A stretch of 64,000 bases of DNA from Fimbriimonadia bacterium. GTDB lineage: Bacteria; Armatimonadota; Fimbriimonadia; Fimbriimonadales; JABRVX01. Positions 36,900-47,129 of the stretch are shown piece by piece. The stretch covers positions 128,001 through 192,000 of the forward strand of contig JBGPGO010000006.1 in assembly GCA_041483895.1 (NCBI GenBank), in the 5' to 3' direction. Position 1 is the first letter of the stretch. Every line of letters starts with the position of its first letter. A program made the translations under genes and the position numbers. A model generated the notes under the pieces. That model saw nothing but the letters and a program-made list of their open reading frames with translations, was not told the DNA's origin and made no database searches.

Positions 36900-37709
36900 C
36901 TACGGCAGATTGAGCGGCAGGCCGGGGACGGACCTTTTCATGGCAATCACCCGGCCATGCTCCGCTTCCGTTACGTACAGAACCTGGTTTTCCGGCCCTC
37001 CGAAGCAGCAGTTGGTAGGATTGCTTCCGCCGGCATCCAGCTCCTCGACCACATTCCCATTGGGGTCGATTCGGGCGACGACACCTTTTCCGAAATGGGC
37101 GGCGTAGAGATAGCCTTCCTGATCGAACGCCATGCCATCCGGTCCCCGGTCGCCTTGCAACTGGGCGAAAAGCTGCGGCGGGCCGTCCGGCAGCTCGATG
37201 CGATAGAAGCTGCGGGTCCATGTGACGGCAAAGTAGATGAACTTCGCTTTCGCATCGATGGCGATGCCGTTGGGAAACGGGAAGCCGTCCGCGAGAACCG
37301 TGGCCTTGCCGACAGAGTCGCAGGCTATGACGCGGCCGATCGGGTCCTCGATCGACGATCCTTTGGGATCGGTGAAGTAGAGGACGCCGTTGGGGCCGAA
37401 GCAGAGGTCATTCGGGCCGTTGAGCGGCATGCCGTCCGCCTGATCGCAATAGTTGGAGACATGGCCGTGCTTGGAGATTTGCAGGATGCTGCGATGTTGG
37501 GAGTCCGGGACGAACATCTCGCCGAAGTTGTTGAAGGCGATGGAGACGGGGATGCCATGGGTGTCCGCGAACTCCTCAACGCTGCCGGTATCGCCCAGGC
37601 GGTGGATGAGGCCGGTATCGCAATCTACCCAATGGAGCCTTCCTTCGCTATCAATCGCAGGTCCTTCCGGAAACACCATTCCCTCAGCAATCACAACAAA
37701 ATTGGACAT
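36900..37709 (-). CDS. SMP-30/gluconolactonase/LRE family protein
   Basis: FPEGP, LNGPNDL, YFTDP, FPNGI, PDGMAFD, PTNCCFGG. Confidence 0.92.
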   Translation of the reverse strand: MSNFVVIAEGMVFPEGPAIDSEGRLHWVDCDTGLIHRLGDTGSVEEFADTHGIPVSIAFNNFGEMFVPDSQHRSILQISKHGHVSNYCDQADGMPLNGPNDLCFGPNGVLYFTDPKGSSIEDPIGRVIACDSVGKATVLADGFPFPNGIAIDAKAKFIYFAVTWTRSFYRIELPDGPPQLFAQLQGDRGPDGMAFDQEGYLYAAHFGKGVVARIDPNGNVVEELDAGGSNPTNCCFGGPENQVLYVTEAEHGRVIAMKRSVPGLPLNLP

Positions 37710-37787
37710 CGCTAACCCTCCCGCAACCCGTGGACGTATAATAGTTGTAGGCCAACGGGCCCTAAGTTACCAGGGGGAGCAAGTACT

Positions 37788-38495
37788 TTGTTTGCGTCAG
37801 CAGGATATTTTCCGGGGAGCGTGGCGGAAGCGCCGGCGGATGTACGGGCCGGTTTCCTCCGCAAAGTCTATGGCTATTTCTTTTTGACCGTGCTCACGTC
37901 TCTGGTCGCCGGTTTCGCGGTGGCGGGTTCTGATTCTCTAATGGTCGCCGCCCTGCATGCCCGGTTGTTCACATTCCTGCCGCTGCTGCTCATGGCACTT
38001 TACCTCCGCTTTGCGATTCGGCAGAACTCGGCGAATACTGTTGTGATGTTTCTTTTCGCCGCGATTATCGGCGCGACACTGGCTCCCTATGTCACTTTGC
38101 TCAATCGGCAGATTCCCGGCGTGGGTTTGCAGGCGGGGATACTGACCGCGAGCGTATTCGGCGGGCTGAGTTGGTACGCATGGTTTTCCAAGAAGGACTT
38201 TAGTTTTCTGGGCGGGTTCCTGTTTATGGGCCTCTTAGGGTTGGTGCTTGTGGGACTGCTCTCTATGTTCGGTAGCATTTTCCGCATCTTTCCTCCTTCG
38301 TTTGTCATCCTCGCCTATTGCTACGTCGGGGTTCTCGTCTTTAGCGGATATGTGCTATTCGACACGTCCCGGATATTATATCGCTATCCCCCGACGGCGG
38401 TTATTCCCGCAGTTTTGGCGCTCTATCTGGATATCGTCAATCTGTTCATATACATCCTTCAAATTCTAGCCATGAATCAGCGGCGCAGGGATTAG
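37788..38495 (+). CDS. Bax inhibitor-1/YccA family membrane protein
   Basis: RAGFLRKVY, KKDFSFLG.FL, YVLFDTS.I, LALYLDIVNLF. Confidence 0.9.
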   Translation: MFASAGYFPGSVAEAPADVRAGFLRKVYGYFFLTVLTSLVAGFAVAGSDSLMVAALHARLFTFLPLLLMALYLRFAIRQNSANTVVMFLFAAIIGATLAPYVTLLNRQIPGVGLQAGILTASVFGGLSWYAWFSKKDFSFLGGFLFMGLLGLVLVGLLSMFGSIFRIFPPSFVILAYCYVGVLVFSGYVLFDTSRILYRYPPTAVIPAVLALYLDIVNLFIYILQILAMNQRRRD

Positions 38496-38498
38496 CGG

Positions 38499-39485
38499 TT
38501 GCGCGGGGAATTTGACTGCGTGCTTCCCCGTGAAGAAGGCTATTACCTCGATAAGCTCCGCAAGCTGCATTTGGCGATTCGCTCTCACGTGTATGGCCAG
38601 ATGCGGGGGCAGGATCCGGCTCTGCTTCGGGAGGTTGCGCGGGAGGCAGCGGACGACACGATTTTCCGGCTCGATGAGGGCGTTGAGCGGATTGTCTTGG
38701 ACTATTGCGCGGATTGGGGCGCGGAATGTCCGTTTGTGCTGGTTGCCGAGGGGATTGAAGGAGGACGATTGGTGTTCCCTACCGGTCACTCGTCCGGCGA
38801 TGCGGAATTCGTTTTGATCATGGATCCTGTCGACGGGACGCGGCCGCTGATGTACGATAAGCGCTCCGGTTGGACGCTGTCCGCGGTCGCGGTCAATCAT
38901 GGAATCGAGACGACGAGCGATGACATCGTGTTGGCTGTGCAAACGGAACTGCCGACTTCGCGGCAATACATGGCGGTGCACCTTTGGGCGGTGCAGGGGC
39001 AAGGCTATTGGGCGGAAAACCACGACCTGATTGCCGGCAAGGTCGCGCCGATGCAGCTTCGGCCGAGCCAAGCCCGCACGATGGAAAACGGATTTGGCGG
39101 GTTTGTGAAGTTTTTTCCCGCCGGAAAGCTGGAGGCGGCGCAGTTGGAACAGGCGCTTTGGGACCGGTTGGGGTTGGGCTCCGCCGCGATTTTCGACGAC
39201 CAATATATCTCCACCGGCGGACAGCTCTACCAACTCATGGCGGGCCACGATCGGTTTGTGGCCGATATCCGGCCAGCGCTGCATGGTCCCGGCGTTTTCT
39301 GCTCTCATCCGTATGATATTTGCACGGCATTGATAGCGCAATCGGCAGGCGTGGTGCTGACGGATTTGAGCGGCGGTCCGCTGACGTTTCCGCTCGATAC
39401 ATCAACGAACGTGGGCTGGGTGGGCTATGCGAACGATGGATTGCGCGACCTGATCCAGAGGGAGCTGATGGAGGCGCTCGAGTAA
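38499..39485 (+). CDS. Inositol monophosphatase/FIG superfamily phosphatase
   Basis: LVAEG, IMDPVDGT, HPYDIC, AGVVLTD..G.PL. Confidence 0.8.
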   Translation: MRGEFDCVLPREEGYYLDKLRKLHLAIRSHVYGQMRGQDPALLREVAREAADDTIFRLDEGVERIVLDYCADWGAECPFVLVAEGIEGGRLVFPTGHSSGDAEFVLIMDPVDGTRPLMYDKRSGWTLSAVAVNHGIETTSDDIVLAVQTELPTSRQYMAVHLWAVQGQGYWAENHDLIAGKVAPMQLRPSQARTMENGFGGFVKFFPAGKLEAAQLEQALWDRLGLGSAAIFDDQYISTGGQLYQLMAGHDRFVADIRPALHGPGVFCSHPYDICTALIAQSAGVVLTDLSGGPLTFPLDTSTNVGWVGYANDGLRDLIQRELMEALE

Positions 39486-39895
39486 TGGCAACGCGAGAGC
39501 TGACAGTTAAGACGCAAGGCAATACCGACATTGTGGATATCACACCTCAATTATTGGAAGTGGTGCATCGGAGCGGCGTTGAAAGCGGCGTCGTTTGCCT
39601 GTTCGTCGTTGGGTCCACGGCCGGGATCACGACGATGGAATATGAACCAGGATTGATTGCAGATATGCGAAGGACATTCGAGCAGATTGCGCCGGAGAAT
39701 GCGGTGTACGCGCATGAGGAGCGATGGCATGACGACAATGGGCATTCGCATATCCGGGCATCATTGGTCGGACCATCGCTCTCGGTACCGATCACGCATG
39801 GAAAGCCGGACCTTGGCGAATGGCAGCAGGTGGTGGTGATCGACTTTGACACGCGGCCGCGCGACCGGACCATTATCGTTAAGATTGTTGGATGA
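39485..39895 (+). CDS. yjbQ: UPF0047/YjbQ family protein
   Basis: DIVDIT, GSTAGITTME.EPG, NGHSHIRASL.G, LGEWQ, DFD..PR.R; TAATG coupling. Confidence 0.88.
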   Translation: MATRELTVKTQGNTDIVDITPQLLEVVHRSGVESGVVCLFVVGSTAGITTMEYEPGLIADMRRTFEQIAPENAVYAHEERWHDDNGHSHIRASLVGPSLSVPITHGKPDLGEWQQVVVIDFDTRPRDRTIIVKIVG

Positions 39896-39904
39896 TTATT
39901 TGGA

Positions 39905-39957
39905 CCCCCACCCAACCCTCCCCCTTTTACAGGCTGCCGCCTGAAAAAAGGGGAGGG
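39905..39957. repeat. Family B hairpin between convergent yjbQ and pckA (possible bidirectional terminator)
   Basis: Near-identical to 22726-22778. Confidence 0.85.
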
Positions 39958-39969
39958 CTTTTAACATCT

Positions 39970-41508
39970 TTAGCCGGTCGGGGTCGGGACTTTTAGGGTT
40001 GCCGCACGCTGCTCAAACAACGCGGCTACTTTCGCCGCCTGCTGATCGTATGCGGCGGGATTGGACCACGCTACGCGAGGCATCAAGACCTTGGAAGGGA
40101 CGCCGGGACATTCCCTGGGAACCATGAGGCCGAACACCGGCTCTTGATGGAACGACACGTCACATAGCTGGTTGCTGATCGCGGCATCGACCATGGCGCG
40201 AGTGTATTTGATGTTCATGCGGCTGCCGACGCCGAACGGCCCGCCGGTCCAACCGGTATTAACGAGCCAGACCTGCGAGTCATGCTTCTTGATGCGTTCG
40301 CCAAGCATCGCGGCATAGGTGGTCGGCGTCAGCGGCAGAAACGGCGCGCCGAAGCAGGAGCTGAAGGTGGTCGTTGGTTCATTCACACCAGCCTCCGTAC
40401 CTGCGACCCTCGCCGTGTATCCCATCAGAAAATGATACATAGTCTGTTCGACAGAAAGCTTCGACATGGGCGGCAGAACGCCGAACGCGTCGCAGGTTAG
40501 AAACATGATATGATCCGGATGGCCGCCGAGACTCGGTATCACCGCTCCTTCGATGTAGTCGATGGGATACGCGGCGCGAGTGTTTTCCGTAATACTGTCA
40601 TTGTCATATTCCGGGATTCGCGTTAAGGGATCAATGACAACATTTTCCAACACGCTGCCATACCGGATCGCATGATAGATTTGTGGCTCGAACTCCTCCG
40701 ATAATCGTATACATTTCGCGTAGCAGCCGCCCTCGAAATTGAATATTCCGTCGTCAGCCCATCCGTGCTCATCATCGCCAATTAGTCGCCTTTTCGGATC
40801 GGCGGAAAGGGAGGTCTTGCCGGTGCCGGACAGGCCAAAAAACAGCGCTGTGTCTCCATCCGGACCTTCGTTTGCGGAGCAGTGCATGCTCAATACGCCC
40901 TTTTTTGGCAGAATGTAGTTCAACAGCGTGAAGACCGCTTTTTTCATCTCGCCGGCATATTGCGTTCCACCGATAAGTATAATTTTGCGCCCGAGATGGA
41001 TGAGGATGAACGCTTCCGAGCGAGTCCCGTCCACTTCCGGGACTGCCTGAAAGTTGCAGACGTCGATGATCGTAAAATCCGCCATATGAGATTGCAGCTC
41101 GTCCTCCGTCGGACGAATCAGAAGCTGCTTGACAAACATTGCATGCCATGCCTTTTCGGTGACAAATCGCACGGAGATACGGTGTGCGGGATGGGCGCCG
41201 CCATAGCAGTCCGTGACATACACATCTTTGTCTATTAGATATGCGCGGACCTTACCATAGAGCGCGTCGAAGGTGGCCTCTGGGATCGGCTGATTGACCT
41301 CGCCCCAGTCGATGCTTTCTTTCGACGTGGGTTCTTCTACGAAGAATTTGTCCTTTGGGGTGCGGCCCGTGTATTTGCCGGTCTCCGCGACGAGAGCCCC
41401 GTTGGAGGCAATCCTTGCCTCCCCCCTGCCAACTGCCTTTTCCATGAGTTCAGCTACGCTTAGGTTGTAGTGAACCCTACCATTTATTTGAATATCAAGT
41501 TTCTGCAT
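39970..41508 (-). CDS. pckA: Phosphoenolpyruvate carboxykinase (ATP)
   Basis: TGRTPKDK, YAGEMKK, MHCSAN, FFGLSGTGKT, IGDDEHGW, EGGCYAK, ENTRAAYP. Confidence 0.97.
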   Translation of the reverse strand: MQKLDIQINGRVHYNLSVAELMEKAVGRGEARIASNGALVAETGKYTGRTPKDKFFVEEPTSKESIDWGEVNQPIPEATFDALYGKVRAYLIDKDVYVTDCYGGAHPAHRISVRFVTEKAWHAMFVKQLLIRPTEDELQSHMADFTIIDVCNFQAVPEVDGTRSEAFILIHLGRKIILIGGTQYAGEMKKAVFTLLNYILPKKGVLSMHCSANEGPDGDTALFFGLSGTGKTSLSADPKRRLIGDDEHGWADDGIFNFEGGCYAKCIRLSEEFEPQIYHAIRYGSVLENVVIDPLTRIPEYDNDSITENTRAAYPIDYIEGAVIPSLGGHPDHIMFLTCDAFGVLPPMSKLSVEQTMYHFLMGYTARVAGTEAGVNEPTTTFSSCFGAPFLPLTPTTYAAMLGERIKKHDSQVWLVNTGWTGGPFGVGSRMNIKYTRAMVDAAISNQLCDVSFHQEPVFGLMVPRECPGVPSKVLMPRVAWSNPAAYDQQAAKVAALFEQRAATLKVPTPTG

Positions 41509-41585
41509 TCCTCACCTTTGAAGAACTGAAGTTGTGTAAGGATACCCGGTCGGGGTTCCCGGCGTAACGGTATAATCTGAGAGAC

Positions 41586-42470
41586 ATGGAACATCGGCTG
41601 CCCCCTTGGCTCAAGATTCGCCTTCCGCGACCGGAGACCATCCACGAAGTGGAGTCGATGATGCGGACGGCGAAGCTCCATACCGTCTGCGAAAGCGCGC
41701 GATGCCCAAACTTGCCCGAGTGCTGGGCCAAGAAGACGGCCACGTTCATGATCTTGGGCGACGTCTGCACACGGGCGTGCGGGTTTTGCGCGATCAAGGT
41801 CGGGCGCCCGCAACAGGTCGATGATGATGAACCGCGCCGCGTGGCAAATTTGGCGGCGGAGATGGGCCTGAAGCACATCGTCGTTACATCGGTCGCCCGC
41901 GATGACATGCCCGATGAGGGGGCCGGTCAATTTGCAGCCACCATCCGCGCGCTGCACGATCGAATTCCCGGCAGCATCGTCGAAGTGCTCACTCCGGATT
42001 TCAAAGCCAGCGAGTGGCGAATACGAGTTGTGACCGACGCGCGTCCTGAGATTTATAATCACAATGTGGAGACGGTTCCGCGCCTTCAATCGGTCGTGCG
42101 GCCGCAGGCCGGTTTTACGCGGAGCCTTGCAACGCTCGAAATGGCGAAGCGATTGGATTCGAATATCTATACCAAATCGGGAATCATGCTCGGCCTTGGG
42201 GAGACTCAGCCGGAGGTTGTGGAAACATTGCGTATTCTTCGCAATGTGGGAGTGGACGCTGTTACGATCGGCCAATATCTGCGGCCGACCATGAACCACC
42301 TGCCGGTGATCGAATATGTCACTCCGGAGGCATTCAAGGAGTATGAGCAGATCGGCGGGGACATGGGATTTTTGTTCGTCGCCTCGGGACCGTTCGTGCG
42401 CAGCTCTTACAATGCAATCGATTTTTCCAAGAAGCTGATGGCGGAGCGGCTTGCGCAGATAGGGGCTTAG
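41586..42470 (+). CDS. lipA: Lipoyl synthase
   Basis: CESARCPNLPEC, CTRACGFC, NHNVETV, GQYLRP, VRSSY. Confidence 0.97.
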   Translation: MEHRLPPWLKIRLPRPETIHEVESMMRTAKLHTVCESARCPNLPECWAKKTATFMILGDVCTRACGFCAIKVGRPQQVDDDEPRRVANLAAEMGLKHIVVTSVARDDMPDEGAGQFAATIRALHDRIPGSIVEVLTPDFKASEWRIRVVTDARPEIYNHNVETVPRLQSVVRPQAGFTRSLATLEMAKRLDSNIYTKSGIMLGLGETQPEVVETLRILRNVGVDAVTIGQYLRPTMNHLPVIEYVTPEAFKEYEQIGGDMGFLFVASGPFVRSSYNAIDFSKKLMAERLAQIGA

Positions 42471-42474
42471 GCCA

Positions 42475-45400
42475 ATGCGGCGGCTCACCTCCCTCTCCAC
42501 ACTTTTCTTCTGGCCCGTGCTGGTATGCATGATTTGGTTTACCGTCGTCATCGTCGGCCGCGTGGTCAAAGCGGCCAACGATCATTTTGTCGAGGCGGCG
42601 CTCAAGACTCTTCGAGATGAATATCATATCGTCGCGGAGGCCAAGCAGATTCGGGCCGACCTGATGACGGGTGACGTGACGGCGATAGCGCTCCGACTCA
42701 GTACGGAAAGCGGCAAGTCTCTTTTGACAGCGGCCCAGGCTCGCATCAGCTTTCCCAGTGTGAATGGAAACCACACAACGATCCGAATCGTGGCGAGCGA
42801 TGGCACGGCATGGATTCGGCGGGATGCGGACGGTCTGCTCGAGTTTCAAAAGCTGCTGCCAAAGCGTAAGAAAAAGGAGCCACTCGTCACGCCGGTCGAC
42901 GTTTCGCTGCAACGATTTGATTTGCACTACGATGACGCCACAGGGGAGCGTCCCAAATCGGCGCGCGTCTATCTGTCCAAGGCAAACGCGCAAGTGATCG
43001 GCTTTGAAGGCCGAGTTACCGTGAAGGGCACGGCCGATCATTTGGATCGGTTCTCGGCTTCCGCGCATTGGGCGGAAAAGACCGGGATGGCCGTGGTTGC
43101 GTCGTCGAATGCGGAGCTGGGCGCGCTGCTGCAAATCGCCCAGGCGAGATTCAAACTGGACGCTCTCAAATCCGCGCGGGCGGCCAAAGCATCGGGGCCG
43201 GTCTCATTCGCTCTGTCGTGGGGTGAGGGAAAGCCGGCTTGGATTGCGGATGGCAAGGTGGCAGCCGGAAGCGTTCAGTATGGTTCCTATGGCGTAACGA
43301 GCATTCAAGCGGACATCACGGTTTCGGAGCACATGGTTTCGTTTTCGGGCGATGGGGATTTTGAAGGCGCTCACATGAAATCTGATGGATTTGTAAAAGA
43401 TTTTGCCAACAAACCTATACTTTTCGCTAACGGTACGGGGTCTGGCAAGGCCGTCGAGAGGTTTTGGAAATATCTGCGCCAGAATAAGGAATCTCCGGTT
43501 GACGGAGTGTTTCGGGCCGGTTTTTGGATCGGCGGCCCGATCGATTCGCTGCAGGCGCAAGGAGACTTCGCGGTCGCAAACGCGCATTGGGAGGAATGGA
43601 AGGCAACCGCCGCCTCCGGTTTTGCGGCGTGGCAGGCAGGCCATACGTTGGATATCCGTGGCATTGAGGCAATGCTCCGCGGATCCGGTATCGAGGCCGA
43701 TGCAGCATACGATCTCAAGAATCGCACGATGCAGCTCGCCGCATCCACTCGCGCGTTTCCGCTCTCTACTATTAAAGGGGCCGCGGACGCCGGATTGAGC
43801 GGCACGGTAGCGGCCACCCTACTCTTTGACGCCCCGATCGACAAGCCCGAGGCATCGATCAACGTCTCTAGTCCGGCGATCTCGTTGACGCGTACGCTCG
43901 ATCCGGAACGGCCTGACTGGTCCGGCAATCTCGGTGCGGCAGCAGCGCGCGTCGTCTGGTCCGGCGACACATTGATATTTCCCGTATTGCGCGCTGAAGG
44001 TCCAAATGGCAGGCTCCAAGGCAGCGGCATTTACAACCTCGATAATAAATCGATGTCGTTTGCCGGGGACGCAAGCGGCGTGGAATTGGATGCGTTGCGC
44101 CCGACCTATGACGCGACCGGAACTGTATTTGCAAGTTTCAAAGTCTCCGGTACGACCGACAATCCATCGATCGACGGCCTGGCGGAGGTGTTCGCGCCGG
44201 CATACGATCAATACTCCGCCGCGCTGGCAAGCGCCAAGCTGTCTTACGCCGACCAGGTCTTGACGATCGAACGCGGTTCCCTGCGCAAGGGCGCCGCTCA
44301 AGCCGCCGTGAACGGAATGGTGGACTTCACCGGCGACGTTTCTGCTCGCGAGCTAAAGTTGGGGGTGCGAGATCTGGATCCTGCCCTTCTCCTGAAAGAC
44401 GAAAGCCCCGACTTTCTGCACGGTTTTTTGCATGGGGAAATGGTCCTCAATGGACCATTCAACGATCTCGCGGCCATCGGCAAGGCGCAGTGGGAGGACG
44501 GAACTATTGACAAGATTCCCGTCGATTCCGCTGCTGCCGATCTCGTCTACCGGGCGAGCATCCTTGAGCTTCAGAACGTTACAGCGAACATTGGGGGAGG
44601 GACGCTAACCGGCTCGGGCCATTTCGGCCGTGACAGCCAATCGGAGATGACGTTCCGCCTGGCCGATGCGGATCTCTCGACACTCAATGGATACATCGAT
44701 CCGTCTACGCCGATTTCCGGACTGTTCGCCGGTGGCGGAGAGCTACGTTCGGACGGCAAGACCTGGTCGGGAAGTTTTGACGGTTCTGTAACAAACAGCT
44801 CGGTCGGAAACCTTGAACTGGGCGGCGGGGAGCTCCACGCGCAGCTTGCCGACAATCGTTTGCGGGGGAGCTTAGCGCTGACCAACGGGCGGGAAACGGT
44901 CACAGTTGCGGCCGACAACGTGGATTTCGATAAACGCGAATTGACGATCCGAACGACCGCCGATTTGCATCTGGAAGACCTCCGTCTCACTACCCGCAGG
45001 CTGATTCCGGAAATGTCCGATGCTGCGTGGGTACTGATCCGAAAACCTTCCGGCGGCCTTCATGCCGAGGCTAGCGCGACCGGCAGTTTCGACGAACTGG
45101 AATTCCCGTTCCGACTGACGGTCCCGGACTTTGCGATCGACGATCACGCGGCCGGCCAGGTGAGCGTCAAAGGAACCGCGCTACGAGATTTGTATAAGTT
45201 TGACTACATAACTTGGACATATCAGGGCGGTCAGGTCTTGGCATCCGGTTCGGCCTCCCCGGATGGCGCGATCGTTGGCGGAGTGGAGATCGCCGGGCTT
45301 GATCTGTCTGTATTTCAGACGCTTCACGCAGAGCTGATCGGCTTGCGCGGAACGATCGACGCCACGGCCCAGGTGTCGGGCGCGACGAAGGCGCCGGATA

Positions 45401-46974
45401 TTGACATGACGCTCGATTTGACCGGCGTCGGCCGCGGGGGCCTTGATATAGATCGGGCCGACTTCGGTCTGATTACGGTTCGCGACGGCGAGATACGAAC
45501 GGACGCGGCGGTCATCCAGAAATTTGGGTATGTCGCGCGGCTGTCGGGCTCGGTGCCGTTCACCTACAAGCCGTTCGGCTTCCCCACCGATCTGCCGATC
45601 CACGGGGAGCTGGTTCTTCCCGAACAGGATCTGGCGGGCCTGCGGGTCTTTTGGCCGGAGATAGACGCGGAGCGCACCAATGGGCGTCTGTTCGGGGCGG
45701 ATACCGGCGGACGGGATCGGCCAATCAGAGTCGCCGTCGGCGGCACGCTGCATAATTTCGCACTCACCGGTGAACTGGATGTGTCGGGAACCAGCTTTGC
45801 GATCAAAGACGTGGGCGAGGGGCTCAAGGATATCAGCGGCGTCATCCGGCTGAATGGCGAAGCGATCACGTTGGAGAGCCTGTCGCTTTCCAGCGCGAGC
45901 GGAGGAAAGGCGGAGGCCAATGCCCGCATCAACGTCCAGGACGGACTGAACAGCCCCATTTCCGGGGATTTGAAGCTGACTTCCCTGACGCTCAAGAGCC
46001 ACGATCCCAACCCGCAAAAGTCCGGAACCGTCACGCTCAATGGCACGGTCAGCGCGCAAGGCACTTTGAAGGACCCGCTCTTTGTCGGTGTCTTGGGAGT
46101 CGCCAGCGGAACGATTCCCGTTCCCGAGAACTGGGAATCCAAAGCCGGTGGCGTGCTCCCGGCGATTGATCCCAGGCTCAATATTTCGGTCCAAATCGCT
46201 CCCGGAACCGAGATTCGGTCGCCCCGAATGGATGCCAAGATACGCGGGACGGCGAACGTGTCCAGAAGCGTCTACCATCCCAAGCTGACGGCGGAAATCC
46301 ACATCATGAGCGGTTCTATCCGCGTGCCAACGATGCGGCTCGCGCTTCAGCCGGGCAGCAGCCTGAACCTAGAATACGACGGCAGGCCGGGGCAGGAACC
46401 AATTGCGGCCATGCAGGTCAACCTTCGGGCGCGGACCAGCATCGTAACCGCCAACGCGATCGGCTCGCCGGTCACTTACCGCATTGATATGCAGATCACC
46501 GGCTCCCTGTTGGAAGAGGACGGTCTGCGGATTCATGCCAGCTCGTCCCCGCCCGACCTGCCGGAAGCGCAGATCATGGCGCTGCTGGGCCAGCAGGGGT
46601 TTTTGGAGTCGATCGGCCGGGAGAACGTCGGCAAGGCGTTCCAACAGGAGCTGAAAGACATTTTGGGCGCATCGGTTCTTCCGGCGTTATTCGAGGCGAT
46701 TGACCCGAATTTGGCTCAGAAGATCGGCCTGGAGGCCTTCGGCGTGACATACAATCGCTTCGAGCCGCTCACGCTCAATCTGACGAAGTCGCTGTTCGAT
46801 GGAGTCAACGTGAGCTACCGGCGCTCTCTGGAGGGTGTCGAGACCCTGTATCAGGTAAAGTTGTCCTGGCAGTTGCCCATTCGGCACCGGTTCCTCGGCA
46901 ACTTTAGTTTGGGATACGAATACGACCAGCAGAGACTGGGCCGCATCACGCTCGAATGGGGACGAAGATTCTAG
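42475..46974 (+). CDS. TamB/AsmA-like translocation and assembly module protein
   Basis: 1499 aa, N-terminal TM anchor, G-rich beta-taco repeats, DUF490-like C-terminus (SSSPPDLPEAQIMALL); lies upstream of bamA. Confidence 0.8.
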   Translation: MRRLTSLSTLFFWPVLVCMIWFTVVIVGRVVKAANDHFVEAALKTLRDEYHIVAEAKQIRADLMTGDVTAIALRLSTESGKSLLTAAQARISFPSVNGNHTTIRIVASDGTAWIRRDADGLLEFQKLLPKRKKKEPLVTPVDVSLQRFDLHYDDATGERPKSARVYLSKANAQVIGFEGRVTVKGTADHLDRFSASAHWAEKTGMAVVASSNAELGALLQIAQARFKLDALKSARAAKASGPVSFALSWGEGKPAWIADGKVAAGSVQYGSYGVTSIQADITVSEHMVSFSGDGDFEGAHMKSDGFVKDFANKPILFANGTGSGKAVERFWKYLRQNKESPVDGVFRAGFWIGGPIDSLQAQGDFAVANAHWEEWKATAASGFAAWQAGHTLDIRGIEAMLRGSGIEADAAYDLKNRTMQLAASTRAFPLSTIKGAADAGLSGTVAATLLFDAPIDKPEASINVSSPAISLTRTLDPERPDWSGNLGAAAARVVWSGDTLIFPVLRAEGPNGRLQGSGIYNLDNKSMSFAGDASGVELDALRPTYDATGTVFASFKVSGTTDNPSIDGLAEVFAPAYDQYSAALASAKLSYADQVLTIERGSLRKGAAQAAVNGMVDFTGDVSARELKLGVRDLDPALLLKDESPDFLHGFLHGEMVLNGPFNDLAAIGKAQWEDGTIDKIPVDSAAADLVYRASILELQNVTANIGGGTLTGSGHFGRDSQSEMTFRLADADLSTLNGYIDPSTPISGLFAGGGELRSDGKTWSGSFDGSVTNSSVGNLELGGGELHAQLADNRLRGSLALTNGRETVTVAADNVDFDKRELTIRTTADLHLEDLRLTTRRLIPEMSDAAWVLIRKPSGGLHAEASATGSFDELEFPFRLTVPDFAIDDHAAGQVSVKGTALRDLYKFDYITWTYQGGQVLASGSASPDGAIVGGVEIAGLDLSVFQTLHAELIGLRGTIDATAQVSGATKAPDIDMTLDLTGVGRGGLDIDRADFGLITVRDGEIRTDAAVIQKFGYVARLSGSVPFTYKPFGFPTDLPIHGELVLPEQDLAGLRVFWPEIDAERTNGRLFGADTGGRDRPIRVAVGGTLHNFALTGELDVSGTSFAIKDVGEGLKDISGVIRLNGEAITLESLSLSSASGGKAEANARINVQDGLNSPISGDLKLTSLTLKSHDPNPQKSGTVTLNGTVSAQGTLKDPLFVGVLGVASGTIPVPENWESKAGGVLPAIDPRLNISVQIAPGTEIRSPRMDAKIRGTANVSRSVYHPKLTAEIHIMSGSIRVPTMRLALQPGSSLNLEYDGRPGQEPIAAMQVNLRARTSIVTANAIGSPVTYRIDMQITGSLLEEDGLRIHASSSPPDLPEAQIMALLGQQGFLESIGRENVGKAFQQELKDILGASVLPALFEAIDPNLAQKIGLEAFGVTYNRFEPLTLNLTKSLFDGVNVSYRRSLEGVETLYQVKLSWQLPIRHRFLGNFSLGYEYDQQRLGRITLEWGRRF

Positions 46975-47061
46975 CGCCCGGCTGCGTATACGGACCCCGG
47001 CCGCCGTTGGGGGGCATTTCGGGGCCGGTGACGAGTGAATGGCGGCCGAGTCGGAATTTCC

Positions 47062-47090
47062 TGAAACAGTTAATCGTATGACCGGTCTAA
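47062..47090 (+). promoter_or_regulatory. Candidate ECF-sigma promoter
   Basis: TGAAAC-16 bp-GGTCTAA upstream of the ECF sigma gene. Confidence 0.6.
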
Positions 47091-47129
47091 GGCAACGTTG
47101 GTTCGACAACGGCTCGACACGGAGGTAGT

